The notes beneath the pieces were generated by a model that worked only from the letters and a program-made list of their open reading frames with translations, was not told where the DNA came from and did not search any database. From the human T2T-CHM13v2.0 reference genome, Homo sapiens, in NCBI RefSeq assembly GCF_009914755.1, contig NC_060925.1: 64,000 bases of DNA; one strand, given 5' to 3'. This document shows, piece by piece, positions 1 through 14,933 of the stretch (position 1 is its first letter; each line of letters starts with the position of its first letter). Position numbers and translations under genes: made by a program.

Positions 1-145
1 AAAAATCATTCATTTTAACACAAACTAATTTTCAAAACAAAAAACAATGAACCTGGATTTTCATGATAAATCACAACTTGGAAGTGCTTAATTAATAAAT
101 GTGCCACATTTTTAAATGCCTATAGAAGTCATATTTAATGGTTTA

Positions 146-361
<216 letters not shown>

Positions 362-854
362 CTACAAGATAAGTGAGATAATCTATTTTCTACCTTATAC
401 TCATTCAGAGTCCGTGTCTAGTAAGTATAAATAAAATCGTATCATTTTTAGGTACAAAACATTTTTAAGCAATAAATACAAAGTTTCTGTGTTTCATCTT
501 TGGCACTCCTCTTGGGATGCATAAATGAGAATCATGCTGGCTAGTAACTGTCCCTCCTCTCAGAGTTCCTTCTTGATTTTAAGAGAATCATACTTATTTA
601 GGACATACCATTCCCTCACTCTATCAGTTTTGTTTCATCCTTCACTATGCTGACAATACTTGCATGCAGTTTTTTATGATAAGGTTTGTAATTCTTTTAG
701 ACCAAAATTATTAAACAAATGCAAAGATTAAAGGTAAAGTCTTATTTTACCACTTGAAATATCCTTTCTTCCACTCTTCCTTCCTCCCAGCTTCCCTCTC
801 TACCTCTCTCTCTCTTTCCAATTGTCTGAAGTCTTTCAGCCTCCATCCCATTCA

Positions 855-1205
855 CAGGACAATTGAGTTCTGTAACAGATGCCTCAAAGCATAGCCCAGA
901 TCCATACCCTTCAGGACCAAAGCTTTATTCCCACAGCTGCCTTCCCTCTGCTGCTGAAGAGAATGGGCTCCAACAAGGTCAGCCTCCTTTCCAGTAGCAG
1001 CACACATACAATTCAAGGTCAGTGAGCGGGGTTGGAGGCTCTCTGCCCATTCCCATATTTGGGGAACTAGTCTGCAAGGAGCCATTGAAGCATTTATTGT
1101 GACTATTTGCTCAGTCCCACTTCCTTCACTCTTCTACAGATGTTAACCTGCATATAAACTTCCTGCATATTAATCTCATCTGACTCTCCTCTCCGGGGGA
1201 CTGGC
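855..1205 (+). mobile_element. ERVL-class LTR remnant (LTR16-like)
   Basis: 3' end taaacttcctgcatattaatctcatctgactctcctctccggggga resembles the LTR16/LTR33 terminus. Confidence 0.55.
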
Positions 1206-1211
1206 CAGAGA

Positions 1212-1375
1212 TGTATTCAAACTTTGTTGCACCTAAGAACCACCTGGGAAGCTTGATAAATGGCACAGACTTCACAGAGGAGCCCCTACTGAGTCCAAGT
1301 TACTGACCTGGGAATCCGCATTTTGAAAAGGGCCTCTGAAGTGATTCTAGTGTTCATAGTTGGAAGCACATTGTT
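1212..1375. mobile_element. MER5-type hAT-Charlie DNA transposon
   Basis: caaactttgttgcacctaagaaccacctgggaagcttgataaa...ctgggaatccgcattttgaaaag...gtgattctag matches the MER5A architecture. Confidence 0.65.
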
Positions 1376-1464
1376 AGAACAACATTCTATAATTATTCAT
1401 TCAGGACAACTAAAACCAATGGCCAGACTCATCCTTTATTTGCACATTAACTTATGTGTGTTTT

Positions 1465-1950
1465 TCTTCATTTATTCATTTATTTAATACATATTTAATA
1501 ATCCTCCATTACATAGCAGACCCTGGGATATGAGAATATAAAAGTGTTGGAAAAAGATCACCATGGTCCTGCCATCATAGAACATGCAGTTTGAATGAAG
1601 TACAGACACAGAAAAAGCCACACACTGGTCAATGTGGTCAATGAGAATCTGGGTGAAATATAGCATGCTAAGGGAGCACAGATGAAAGACAGTAGTCCTG
1701 GAGGGAGGTTGTCAGGACAGGCTTCTTGGGAGGAATAATATTGAAATAGAAGCTTGAAGAACGAGTGGACATTAGGAAAGCAAATGACAGTGGGATTCTG
1801 AGTGCAGGGTCACTCAGGATAATTACCCAAGAATAGAAAGAGTATGCACCAGTGCCTGGAAAGAAAAGAACGTGACAAGGTAGGTGAACTAATGAATTTG
1901 GTCTAGCATAAAGTGAGAGTGGGAGTAGAAAGAAATGAATGTGGAGACAG
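1465..1950 (-). mobile_element. L2 LINE 3' end
   Basis: cattt-type tail followed by ctgggata...catggtcctgccatcatagaac...ggcttcttgggagg, typical of the L2 3' end in reverse. Confidence 0.6.
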
Positions 1951-4900
1951 ACAACTAAAGAAAATATACTACTGCCACATGTGTCAGAAAAACAGCATTC
2001 TCCAAGAATTTCACTGAGCATGAATCCTACATTGCTCAGTGACAAAGGTGACTAGCTAGTTCATTTTCTATACACTTCCATGTGTAAAGACCTTGGTTCA
2101 TTTCCTTCATGAAAACAATACCAGTCTCCTTGTCATTCTTTTGTGAGTAAGAGAGCCCTCTTCATTGTCTGAACCAATTTCTCAGTGCCTAATTAATATC
2201 TTGTTTTTAAATCTGATCTCTTTTCTCTGGTTTGTGCCCTTAGCCTTCTCTCTAAATTAAATTTTACACAATGAGTACCAAAGGCTTTTCATAATCAATT
2301 GTCCTCTCTGAAATGTAGTCATTAAACCTCTTCCCTATCATTTCTCTAAATGCCATTGTTAGATTCACATCTATCATTTAGTTGAATTCCTGTCTGCTCA
2401 TACTTAACGTTTTTTCCCCGAAACACTATTGTTGAGTTCAAAAATAATTTCTTCGAAGTATAATCTGCAGCATACATTGCAAACAATACAAAAAGCTCCA
2501 TAATGTATGGCCTATTTGGTCCTTGATGTTAAAATGAGGTGATATTTATATGTGTAACTGTCATGTGGATAAATATACTGAGCATTAATAGTGGTTTGAA
2601 AGGATTTTCTTTTATGTCGCAATACAAAATAGCTAAAAAGTAAATAATATGCCAACTTAAATGTCACCTTATTGTTGAAAAAAAGTCTTTTAAACAGTTG
2701 TAAAAATATCTGCCATCACACAAAAGTAAGCGCACACACACACATATATGGCACATCATATGGATTCTGGTTATCTCTATGAAGTCACAAGTTTTCTGCT
2801 TTTCTTTTTTCTAACACCCAACTTGAATAATAACACAATTAAAAAATAAAGTTATAATGTCAGCAGATATAAGGGAACCAAATTAATGTGCAGTGTATTT
2901 TTCTGTTCTTCCAGAGAAATCTTATATTCAACATAAACAGATTCACTTAACAGTATTGACAATGTAAGGATTTTTAGTTGTGGTTATTAAGCCTCTTTAC
3001 CAAATAATTCTCCTTTTATTATTGAGCTAGTTCACAAATAACAGCTGTTGAAAATGTCAGATGTTAATGAGGCAGGGCCACGCAAACCTGAATTGTAGCA
3101 TTCCTTTTTCCTTTGGTGTCATGAATATGCCAGAATGGGCAGACTCTGATAATAATACCATCTTGCAATTCTCTAAGCGCTCTGCAGACTAAAGTGCATC
3201 AGGCTGCCATTAATCCCACTTATCACTCTGACAGCTCAGTAATTACACTACTGCTATAGCCAGGTAGTCCTAATAAAATATCAACCACTGCACTGGAATG
3301 CATACTGGTGAGATGTTTTATTAAACTTTGAGCGGTGGGGGTTGATCATCAAGTGACATTAGTGTTGACCTATTTTTCTATTTGACAATAAATTATCCTT
3401 TGACCATGCCATAATAGATATTACAGAGTGCATTTACTGCACCAAATCAGAAAGGTACTGCATTACAATGATATAGGCAAATGGTGTAAATAAAATAGCA
3501 GAAATGCATGTCAGAATGTTATTACCTAAATTGCTTTAAATGATTGATACCATGAAAAATCACAGACACAGTACTTAGGGGAATATGTCAACAATTATCG
3601 TAAACCACAGTTCCACATAAATTTCTCCTTAAAAGTAACATTTAAATTACACTTGTTTTCATCTTTAGTCATTTAATTCCCCTTTTACCTTTCAAAGTTA
3701 CTCTGTTATAGTGCAGTTTATTTTTAAATGCATAAGCAGCAAAAATTAATTCAGAGAAACAATTATGTCATACATTTTCCCCCAAATAGTTGTTATACAT
3801 AAAGAAGTATATTTGATTTTTTTAAACTACAAGAAAACAACTTAGAGTTTTCACTAGGCATACACTTTTTAAATTTTCATATTTAATACAAAGCATAACA
3901 ATGAATTTGTCGAAGAGCAAAATATAGAATACTTAATCAATGTTAATTTTTTATAATTTGACATGAACATAAAAATGTATGAAAACTTAAGTACTGTTAC
4001 TTAAAGGCCAAAAACTATTAAAGATATATTTATCCATGATATTTCTCTAGAGAAAGAGAAACATGATTCCTCTTCCCAAATATCCGTGAGGCTAGACAGT
4101 TTGACTCCATAGTATGACACCAAAAATATTATAGTGAGTAATGAAACAAGCGGCATTTCATTCTTCACACATCTGAGAACAGATGCCTGCTTCTTTTATT
4201 GGTAACCATCCACAGCATTTGGAATTGTAACCTATGCTTGTTAAAGAATTTTCTAGTCAATGAGTTTAAATGGCTGAATTAATTTCTTTCTCAGATAAAA
4301 AATAATAAAAAAACACATACACACAAAGCTATCTGAAACCCTTAAAACTCACATTGCATTGTCTTAGCTTTGCTAGAGTTTGGTTTAATTGAGTCAGCAT
4401 GGTTTCATCAGGCTATGTAAATATACGTTAATCTATATATAATGGCATTAAGCAAGAAAGTATTCACATTAAAAATTAAAATATTTTCCTAATATTAACA
4501 TTGCATTTCCTTAGATATTTAATGTTCTACATCATCATTTGGAAAGTCTACCTAATTTAGATGTATCAGATGGATTCAAAACCTTGTTTCCCTACCCTAT
4601 AAGCACCAGTGTAGGAAAATACATAATTTAATATCTTCCTCAGTGGTGCAACATGTCTACTGAAAACTGAGCAGAATCAACTATCAGGTTGAAAAGAAAT
4701 GTGAATAAAGAAATCAAAGTTGGAAGTGTCATACATGTATGAGTTCCACAACTTTTATCCTTTGCTTCCAGACCCTATCATAATAAAGGAGACAAGAAAG
4801 ATGGCTGGTATCTTTAAAACATGATAGGACTAACTCCATGTTCTGATCCATTAAGCAGTCAAAACAGTCAAAAGCCATCCTCAGCTTCCAATAATTATCT

Positions 4901-7604
4901 GCCTATTTATACCTCTGTGCTTCTCTTAATAATCCATTAACAGCCCTTCCTATGTACTTCTGACTCTGCTTTTCTGATTACACCACAGGTTCTTAATAGC
5001 TTAGGGCTATCTGGAACTAACTTTGAATATTCTTAAATATGCATCTTGGCTCAGCCTCTATTATACTGAGCTGGCAGCTATGATAACATCAATGAAAATA
5101 ACTGAATTTTTAATGCTGTGCACCATTTGCCTTTTAACCACACCTGTGATGTTCATGTTTTGAGGCTTTTGATATTTATTTGTATTTACAAGTTAATGCC
5201 AAACATAATTTTAAATAGCTATTTATCTACTAGAAATTTCCTTTTGCACATGGGTGCTTCAAAACAATTCAAGAGAAGCAAATTTAGAACAGAACACAAT
5301 TCACACAACTGATGCTCAAAATTATTTGTTGGATGATAATAACCAGGAAGCTGGGAATAAAACACAGTTGAGAACTTTCCTGTAAGTATTTTCTGACGTC
5401 TATGTCAGGGGATTATTGGTTTTACCATATAATAGCTTTAAAATGTATAGTTTATACTTTTTGCATATTTTGAATTAAATGAAGGGACTTACATTAAATT
5501 CCATACACATTATTTATCTTCATCCATAACAGATTCCTAAAAATTTATAAGACTACCTCTATCTCCACCTCATAGATGAGGCTCCAGTCATCTCCCGTAA
5601 GCATAAAAGACCAGTGGCCAAGGCAGTGGAGGAAATAACTAAAACACATTTAGTATCTTACACCCAGGACTATCCCATCTACGTACAAAAACAGGTTAGA
5701 ATTTTAAAAGGTGGTGTTCTAGTGACCCCATCTCTTGATGACATCAGTGCCTCCTTGCCAGAGTAATTTGAAGACTGAGAAAAAAGCAGTTAAGAAGTCA
5801 CAGCTAGAAAAAGACTACAGTATTATCTCTCCTGGAGTCCAATTTTAGTTTAGGAAAAAAAAAGTGAAAGGTAGTCTTGACTGTCTCCTCAAGAGGCTTC
5901 TCAAGTCCAGATGAAAAGGTTGGAGTTTTACAGTATCACATAGTTTTGAAGGCTTACCCAACCTTAGTAGTCATTGAGGCACTATGACTCAGAGAAGGAA
6001 AGTGACTTGTCCTAAATCTTCCTCAGAGTTTATGGCAAGCTTTTCTAACTCAATCCATTGCCTATTCTAGTCTGTAACATTTATTTTCTTCTAATTCATA
6101 TGCTATTATTAGGAAGCTAGTTTTATTACAATTTTAAGCAACTGTGATTTAGCTGTTTGTGCTGGAAACATACTTTTATTAGCATATTCTTATTAAAAAT
6201 TAAATATGCTACAAAATCCTCAATAGCATAAGAAACCACAACCCCAATCAAGTACTTTGTGCTGTCTCACAAGCAAATAAAATATCTTCATAAAAACTTA
6301 GTACATATCACCTTTTATAAAATTTTAAACAAAGCTTGTCCTATTTTACTATACACGAAAAATATACTTATGACTATTAAAGACTGTTGCTCTTAAACGT
6401 ATTTGTTTCGCTTTCTTACCCTGGAAGATATCTGGATAAAGAAGAAAAAGATTAAAAAATAGGCTTTTGGTATACAGTGGTGGAATACGAAAGACGTGAT
6501 GGAAATTGTATACATTAATAACTGCAAAGGAGTCATTGGAAGAAAATACACACATCATGAATACAGGTACAGACAGTTATAACCAGGAATGAAAAGAGAA
6601 CAGAGCCCATATGAAGAAAGTAGCGTCAGTACTTAATAATTTCTGAATCTACTGGGGCTCTCACTTATTGGAAATATAAACGATATAAAAATGAAAAGAT
6701 TTAAATAGTAACACTAAACAACAATGACCAAAAGGCCAAAAGAAAATGTTTTTTGTTTTTTGGATTTTTTTTGTTGTTGTTAGTGGTGTGTGTTTTTTTT
6801 TTGTTGCTAAACGAATGTACTGATAATTATGCTGAAAATTATGGGATTGAATGAAATTACTGTAGGTTGCAGCATGAAGGAAAAGTGTCCCAATTCTGAC
6901 TACTCTCTGTTAGAAATTTATTTATGGAGCATAAGATCATGGTTTATAAACTGAATTCTTAAAACTGAACAAAAAATAAGTTATTAATTACAACTATTAG
7001 AAGTAATTAAATATTAGCTATTCACCAGTTTTTATATATCAATAATACAGAAACAGTAACAGTAAAGACAATGAATACCAGAAAAAAATACGTAAAAGCA
7101 TTCATTAAATGTTTTCCTGCCCAGTAGATATGTTGGCACTAAAATAGCTGATATAATTTGATCCCTGTCACCTGCAGCTACAAGTGAGGTACACTTTAAT
7201 CAAGAAAACCAGAGAATACCATAGATAAAAGCTCTGCTTTATGTCCTGGAGGGACGGGCTTGTTGGCGACACTCTCCTAGGAAGCCATTCTTTATTCACC
7301 TTAAAGATGGTGGGGATTGAGAGTATGTACTTAAAGGGATTGAGGAAGATGGCAAGATTCAAGAAGATCAGAGTTTCCTCTGTCTTGTAGTAATGAGGAA
7401 AATAGTGATAAGCCATGTACCTAGGACAGGATGCTTTATAGAATGTCTATATTTAGCATAAGTCAGTCAGATAATACATAGCATATATGTATGTAGCTAT
7501 GTATGTACATAGCATATATGCATGGACCCAGACTTTCGTGTATACTAATATTAAGTGCTCAAATGTGCTTGCTCATCCAAGGCCTTTAAGTGTATTAACT
7601 CAGA

Positions 7605-7800
7605 AAGCGTAGCATTGAGGTTAAGAGTACAAGTGCTGGTGCTTGATTGCCCATATTTAATTTTTGACTTCACTTTACTGGTTTTAACACATTAGGCAAA
7701 GGACTTAAACTCTCTGACATGACTTTTCTCATTTGCAAATGGGGATAACTTGTACATCAAATTGTTGCGATAATTTTTAAAGATTATACCCTTATATGCA
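7605..7800 (+). mobile_element. MIR SINE
   Basis: gcattgaggttaagagtac...ggcaaaggacttaaactctctga...ttttctcatttgcaaatggggataa (MIR core). Confidence 0.65.
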
Positions 7801-7844
7801 TTTCTTTAGTAACTTAACAGGTATTCTCTACAATCTTCAATATA

Positions 7845-7984
7845 TTCTGAAACTTATATATTGCTTTCTCTTCTTTAATGTGGAAGGAATTAGTGAAGAG
7901 TCAATGTATAATGTTTTATAATTATTTATGTACATTAAACATAGTAGACATCTGACAAACATATACATATGCTTTAAGGGTTCA
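7845..7984 (+). repeat. Local duplication, block A copy 1 (partner 9081-9220)
   Basis: 140-bp ungapped alignment with about 12 mismatches by eye. Confidence 0.92.
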
Positions 7985-8176
7985 TTTTCTCCATACGGGA
8001 TTTCAGAAGAAGGAAAAGTTATTTTCCTCTCAGGAGAACCAGAGACGCCTTCTTAGATAGAGAAACTTATGCTGAAAGTTGAGGAACAGGTAGGTTTTGA
8101 CCATGTAGAGATTAGTATAATAGATAGATAGAATGAAGATAGATTATGGGTTCATCCAGGACAAAGAGTATAATTT

Positions 8177-8481
<305 letters not shown>

Positions 8482-9080
8482 CTATAATTCATCTTTGGTT
8501 CTCAGTGCGTATCCTATTAGCTGGCACATATATAAGTGCTCATACGCGTTTAAGAAACATTTCTCAGTCACTGTACTTCAGGAAATCAAACAACAAAAAT
8601 ACATGTCAATCTCATCAGTGGTCCAATATTATTTACAGTGTACTGTATATGGAATCCTTTCTTCTTGAGGCTTTTGGTTGTTTCCCCATGGTAATGGTAT
8701 GATGTAAAAAATATTCTTCTAAAATAATTAAATTAAAAATGACAGGTTGGACAACACAATGTACTGTGAAGCTTCTACTTTTGAAAATGGCTACATTCTA
8801 GCTAAAAATGTAATTGATCCTTATTATGGTTGCATATGTTTGAAAAGTATCTGAAGGATGCAACTGGTAAGTATGAGAATATATGTGACAAAAGACGCTT
8901 TCCTTTATTCCTGCTCCACACATTATCTCTAGCTATTCTGTACAGCCTATCTCCCTTCCCTTTCTCAATTGTTATCTAATGAGATGGCAACAAAATATTT
9001 CTCATGTTCCAGGGTAAGGCAGCAAATTTCCGTGACAAAATAGGCTATCCATGTACAAATATGGTCTATCTTTCTGTAAG

Positions 9081-9360
9081 TTCTGAAAGTTATACATTGC
9101 TTTCTCTTCTTTAATGTGGAAGGAATTAGTGAAGAGTCAAAGAGTAATGTTTTACAATTATTTATGCACAATAAGGATAGTAGATATCTGACAAACATAT
9201 ACATATGCTTTAAGTGTTCAGTCCAACCATTTTTACATTTTGCACTGGTCATATGAATTGACTAGGCAAAAGCAAACCAACGATACTCCCATATATGAAT
9301 TTCCTTTCTCAAAATCCTTCCAAAGCTTTACAAAGAATTCAGTTAAGAGTTTTAATAGAG
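9081..9360 (+). repeat. Composite of block A copy 2 (9081-9220) and block B copy 1 (9231-9360)
   Basis: Direct alignment to 7845-7984 and to 10421-10550. Confidence 0.92.
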
Positions 9361-10420
9361 AATTTTAAAGAGTTCAGTTAACAGCTTTAACAGAGAAATA
9401 CCTATATCTTATATACCACATTAATTTAAATAAGTTTACATAAATGCAACCACATATATCCATAATAGAGAATAGTTATGCATTTAGTTAACACGTAGCC
9501 ATATTCTGAAGCCCAAGGTTCAGAGTATTTTTTACAGTCCAATCATTTTATAGTTACCATTTTTAATTTAACAATAACAAGCCATATGTAATTTTTTTTT
9601 GCAAACCAAGATATTGTTCCCTGCTCACCACAACTATGGTTTCCTTCATATTCTAGACAGCTGTTACATGATGCTCAATACACTTTTGATCCTTCACAGA
9701 CCTTGATGACAGTACTAACAGTTTTTATTATAGCTTTTCTATTGCACTGTAATCTTATTTCACCTGGACCATTTCCCCACTAGCATCATAAACTCTTTGA
9801 TTTATATCAAATAATTATTCCAGGCTTCATAGAAAAAAAAAGGAATTATTTTGTGTTGCATATTCACATGCTATGCAAATTATCTTCTTAATTTTTGAAA
9901 CACCTGTTGTATGTTTATCTTAATTTCAATGAAGCTCCTTTAGAAAACTTTAAAAAACTAATATATATTTTTCATAGATGCCCTAGAAGTAAACCTCTCA
10001 GCAAACTTCAAAACAGAGAAAGCTCTATATTTTATGACATATTTGTGGGCAATTTCAGAAATAATATATTAGTAATAGTAATCTGACATATAGATTTAGA
10101 GTGCATGTACCCTAGAACTTAAGATAAAAATAAAAATTTTTAAAAAAGAGGTGAAAAAGGAACTCAAATTGTTAAATCCATAAATAAAATAGGTTATTTG
10201 TTCCTATACAATTCCTAGATGTACGGAATATGTTTGTTATGAAAAAAACAGTATGTAGACAAATATGTAAACCCATCTTAGGGCATGTGGACTAAGATTT
10301 GGGATAGATTTTACTTTTCACAATGCTATATTGTTTGCGTTTTTTGCAATAAGTAAGTATAACTTACGTTATTAAAAACAAGACATAGATGTTGACTAAA
10401 ATCACATTATCCTAAGTAAT

Positions 10421-10550
10421 TTTTACTTTTTGCACTGGTCATATGAATTGACCAGGCAAAAGCAAACCAATGATACTCCCATATATGAAATTCCTTTCTC
10501 AAAATCCCTCCAAAGCCTTACAAAGAATTCACTTAAGAGTTTTCATAGAG
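10421..10550 (+). repeat. Local duplication, block B copy 2 (partner 9231-9360)
   Basis: 130-bp ungapped alignment with about 8 mismatches. Confidence 0.92.
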
Positions 10551-10569
10551 TGACCATAATGGATATTCA

Positions 10570-10767
10570 ATTTACACAGGTTTGAACTGCTGGGCTCAAG
10601 TATACATGGGCTTTTGTTTTCAACCAAACAAGGATTGAAAGTGTAGTATTTGTAGGATACAAAATTTGTCTATATGGAGGGCCAACTGAGGGACTTGAGT
10701 ATGTGCAAATTTTGGTATATGCAAGGGTCCTGGCAACTCTCTAGCATATACCAAAGGATGACCATAT
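10570..10767 (-). mobile_element. MER8-like TcMar-Tigger MITE
   Basis: acacaggtttgaactgc...tcaaccaaac...gagggccaactgagggacttgagtatgtgcaaattttggtata...ataccaaaggatgac matches MER8 in reverse. Confidence 0.7.
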
Positions 10768-11128
10768 TTCTGAGTATTTGGTGGCTCATAAAGCTACCAT
10801 AAAAAAGGGCTGAGGTGGATGAAAAGAATACTGAGTGACAATGCAAGTGCTGGAGGCACTCATTCATTAAGCTGAAACAATAGTGAAAAAAAGTTTGGCC
10901 TTAAAATTAAAAGACAGTATTCATCAATAATAGAATCTTGAAGTAAATAAATGTCTCCACATATTAGCTGTGTAGGTATAATTGAACAACAGAAATAATT
11001 CAACTCAAAATTATTAAAAGGTTCTGTGTTCTAAGTTCTGTGCTGGCAAAAGGGAGGAGTTACTGGAACCTACTTAGAAGAGGATGACTTAATATACTGG
11101 ACACATACTTCATGGAGAGGGCTTTCAA

Positions 11129-11277
11129 AATATATATATATACACACACATATATATACACATATATACATATATACACACACATATATCTATACATATA
11201 TACATATATATAAACACACACATATATATACATATATGTGTGTATATATACATATATACGTGTATATATATATGTAT

Positions 11278-11359
<82 letters not shown>
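11129..11359. repeat. Compound (TA/CA)n-(TG)17-(TA)22 microsatellite
   Basis: Alternating purine-pyrimidine tract; pure (TG) at 11281-11314 and pure (TA) at 11315-11358. Confidence 0.97.
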
Positions 11360-11363
<4 letters not shown>

Positions 11364-11633
11364 GGGGACAGTGGCTCACGCCTGTAACCTCAATGCTTTG
11401 GGAGAATTACTTCAGGCCTGGGTTCCATATCAGCCTGGGCAACATAGAAAGACCTTGTCTCTACCAAAAAACAACAAAAATGAAAGAAATTAGCCATGTA
11501 TGATGGTCTCTACTTTAGTCACAGCTGTAGGCTGAGGTAGGAAGATTGCTTGAGCCCAGAAGGTCAAGGCTGCAGTGAGCTATGATCATACCACTGCATT
11601 CCAGCCTCAGTGACAGAACGCTGTCTCTAAAAA
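11360..11633 (+). mobile_element. AluJ (diverged)
   Basis: J-type diagnostics: gcaacatagaaagaccttgtctc, gattgcttgagcccagaaggtcaaggctgcagtgagctatgat. Confidence 0.9.
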
Positions 11634-11636
11634 CGA

Positions 11637-11960
<324 letters not shown>

Positions 11961-12153
11961 TAAAAGTGCAACAGTGATTGCCATTATTATAGAGGATGAA
12001 ATAGCACATTTGGAAAGCAATGTCCATATATGAATTGTCTTCCTCTTAGAACTGTTGAGTTTCATGTGTGACATCCATACAAGTTTATTTGGTAGTTTTA
12101 TTCCATAAAAATGGTGTCATTCTCCCTTTTACAAAAATAAAAAGTAAACCTAC

Positions 12154-12155
<2 letters not shown>

Positions 12156-12194
<39 letters not shown>

Positions 12195-12200
12195 ACATAC
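12156..12200. repeat. (CA)n microsatellite
   Basis: About 17 perfect CA units, then degenerate. Confidence 0.95.
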
Positions 12201-12919
12201 ATTAAATTTAAATTCAATTTAAATTTAAATATTCATTCATTTTACTTAGCTAAATCTATGTTGATTACGCCAAGTGAAAGGATAATTTATTCAGCACGAA
12301 TTTTTTTCTAAAGTTTTAATGCAATCCTGGTGATCTTTTTAAAATCCCTGTCTGATCACGACATTCTCCTTAAGGGGAGAATCTTGGTACAATATTATCT
12401 CTGAGCCTCGGCTTCTATTGCATTTCCACAGCTACAGCTGCAACACCTGCCTGATGCTAGAACTCTGCTCATAGTTCCATGTGTAGGTCATTTTCAAACT
12501 GTGCATTCCACATGCTCTTCCCTTTCCTGAAGAGCCACACTTCAAGTCTTCATCCGAACTCAGCTCAGATGTCTCCTGTGAAACCCCCTGGCTATCATGC
12601 TTGGAGCCATTCTGATCTCTCTAATAGCACCCCGTGGGTTCCCTTATCAAAGCAATTATCACATTGGACAGTAACAGCTGATTCACTTTTCTAGTCTATC
12701 TTCTATTTCCTCCTCCAGTGAGAAAATGGTTGGGTTCCTCTGTCTTTGAGGTTAGTCTACTTGGAAATAGATTAATTTGAATTCAGATGAAAAAGCCAGA
12801 ATTTTGGCAATAATCCAGTTTTTGTACAGTTAATGTTTGGTAAAAATTATTTTTTAATAAATGTTCTTCAAATTTATGTAAATAACAAATCTTTATAATT
12901 TAAACATTATATTTAATTT

Positions 12920-13110
12920 ATTTAGTAGGTATTTATGCAAGGGGTTACTATATGCTAGCACTGTTCTGTGTGTTTTATAAATGTTAACTCATTTAATTTT
13001 CATAATCACTCAATGAGGTAGATATAAATATTAACTCCTATGTTTATAAAAACCCAATGAGATAGATACTGTTGTTATTCTCATTCTAAAGAAAAAGATA
13101 TTAAGGCACA
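12920..13110 (-). mobile_element. MIR SINE
   Basis: atttatgcaaggggttactatatgctagcactgttct...aactcatttaattttcataatcactcaatgaggtagata. Confidence 0.6.
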
Positions 13111-14933
13111 AAATTTGCTCCTCTGATTTAGGTTTGAAATATGTTACTGCCTATTTGTATGATCCTGATAATCATCAAGAAGTTAATAAAGATCTCCTAA
13201 AAATCTATAATTCTGGTTATCTCTGCCATTTCCTCAGAACAGAGTATGGTGACATCAAGGCTTGTCTCACAGTTTGTGAAAGGCAGATTCAGGACTCTTA
13301 TCCAGGTTTGACTTGCTCTACAGACCAGCCTGTGGGGATCATCATTTCATTTCTGCAATAGTTCTCATAATGATAGCCAGTAATCCCAGAGAACTTGAGA
13401 AAGTTTCCTGAAATAACACATTAAAACCAAGCATAACATAGTCATTACTATATATTTTATATATGACTGAATTTAGAAACAAGCAAACAAAAATTCCTCA
13501 TTTATTTACTAGGAACTCAGCAATAATACTTGCAGATCATGTAATTATTTACAAAGCATTTTCTCGTATGTAAATTACCTATAGAAATCAGTAAGACCAA
13601 TCTTTCCAGTAGAAATACTAGACAAAATAAAAGCAATTAGAAACAACATTTATAACTATCAGAAATATGAGGCATAATAGATACAATAAAAATATATAAT
13701 GGATAAAATAAAAATACATATCTAACTTATATAACTTTGACTCTAAACTAATTATGTCCCTATCCAGTATCTGGAATATTATATAAAATGACATAAAAGT
13801 AGCTCAGAACAAAATTGTCCCCATTAAAACTATTGTGTGGGACCACTATAACCTCATGCAAGCTTTTGTATGAAATGGCTTAAGACATGACTTTTGTTCT
13901 TAGGCATTTAATGCCTAAGAATCAATGCTGATGTTGCACATAAAGAATATGTGGAAATTTCAGGAAATTAATGAATATGGGTGAAAAACAGATAAGAATA
14001 TAAATGTTTAATCTTCTCAGTTTAATTCATATCATAAGGTAGACCACGTTTTCGGGCAATGGCACTGCTTAGAAAGTGAACTAATATGAAGATGACCTAT
14101 TCATTAAGAGAAGATTTTTTGAGAAAATTAGCCTAGAAGCTAAAGGACACAATATTCAGAAATAATATCTTAAATAACATCAATAAAATTAGCTGTCTAC
14201 AGCTTAATATGATTTAAACTAGAAAAACAGGAAAATAAAAAAGCTAAGGGCAAATAATATATAGTTTTGTAAAAATGGAAAATTCCCTCCACTATGCTCC
14301 TAATGAAATGCATAAGAGCACTGACAATGCTGTCACAGTACGTGGCATGCTCCATTAATTTAAGAAAGCTGAATGAAAAATTTGAGTCAAGGTAATAGTA
14401 CTTAAATGTGTTTGTGTTCTGCGGAATCTTAACATGTTATTTGCGTTGTTCCTTCATTCTTTGTTTTCTTCTTTCCTTCAATCAACAAATGTCTATAGAG
14501 CACTTAACTATTTTCTGAGATTTTGCTAAGTGCTGGAGATAGCAGGATGAATAAGTTATAGGTTCAGCCCTCAAGAATCTTCACAGTGGTGGAGTCAGAT
14601 AAATAAATGCCCATCCTCAGATTATGTACAGGTGGGGTAATAGAAAGATAAGAGATACAGGGTGTTTATCTTTTTCTTCAATAAAAACCCTAGTTCAGAG
14701 GTACATTCATTTGTTCATTCCTCTATCTTCAAAGCCTAGCATCATGCTAAGGACACAATGACGGTTCAATGTTCATTTGTTGATTAAATGAATGAGGTAT
14801 TTATTTGTTTCTTCGGGACGAATAAGAGGGAGAGAGAGTCTTGTGGACAGGCCAAGTAACACATGGCTTTAAGAAGACACAGAATGTGAGGAATTGAAAG
14901 CACTTGTTACTATCCTACTGAAAGTAGCATAGA

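Noticed and set aside
11125-11503. ORFs with YI/CV/TH repeats
   Set aside because: Translations of the dinucleotide microsatellite and the adjacent Alu.
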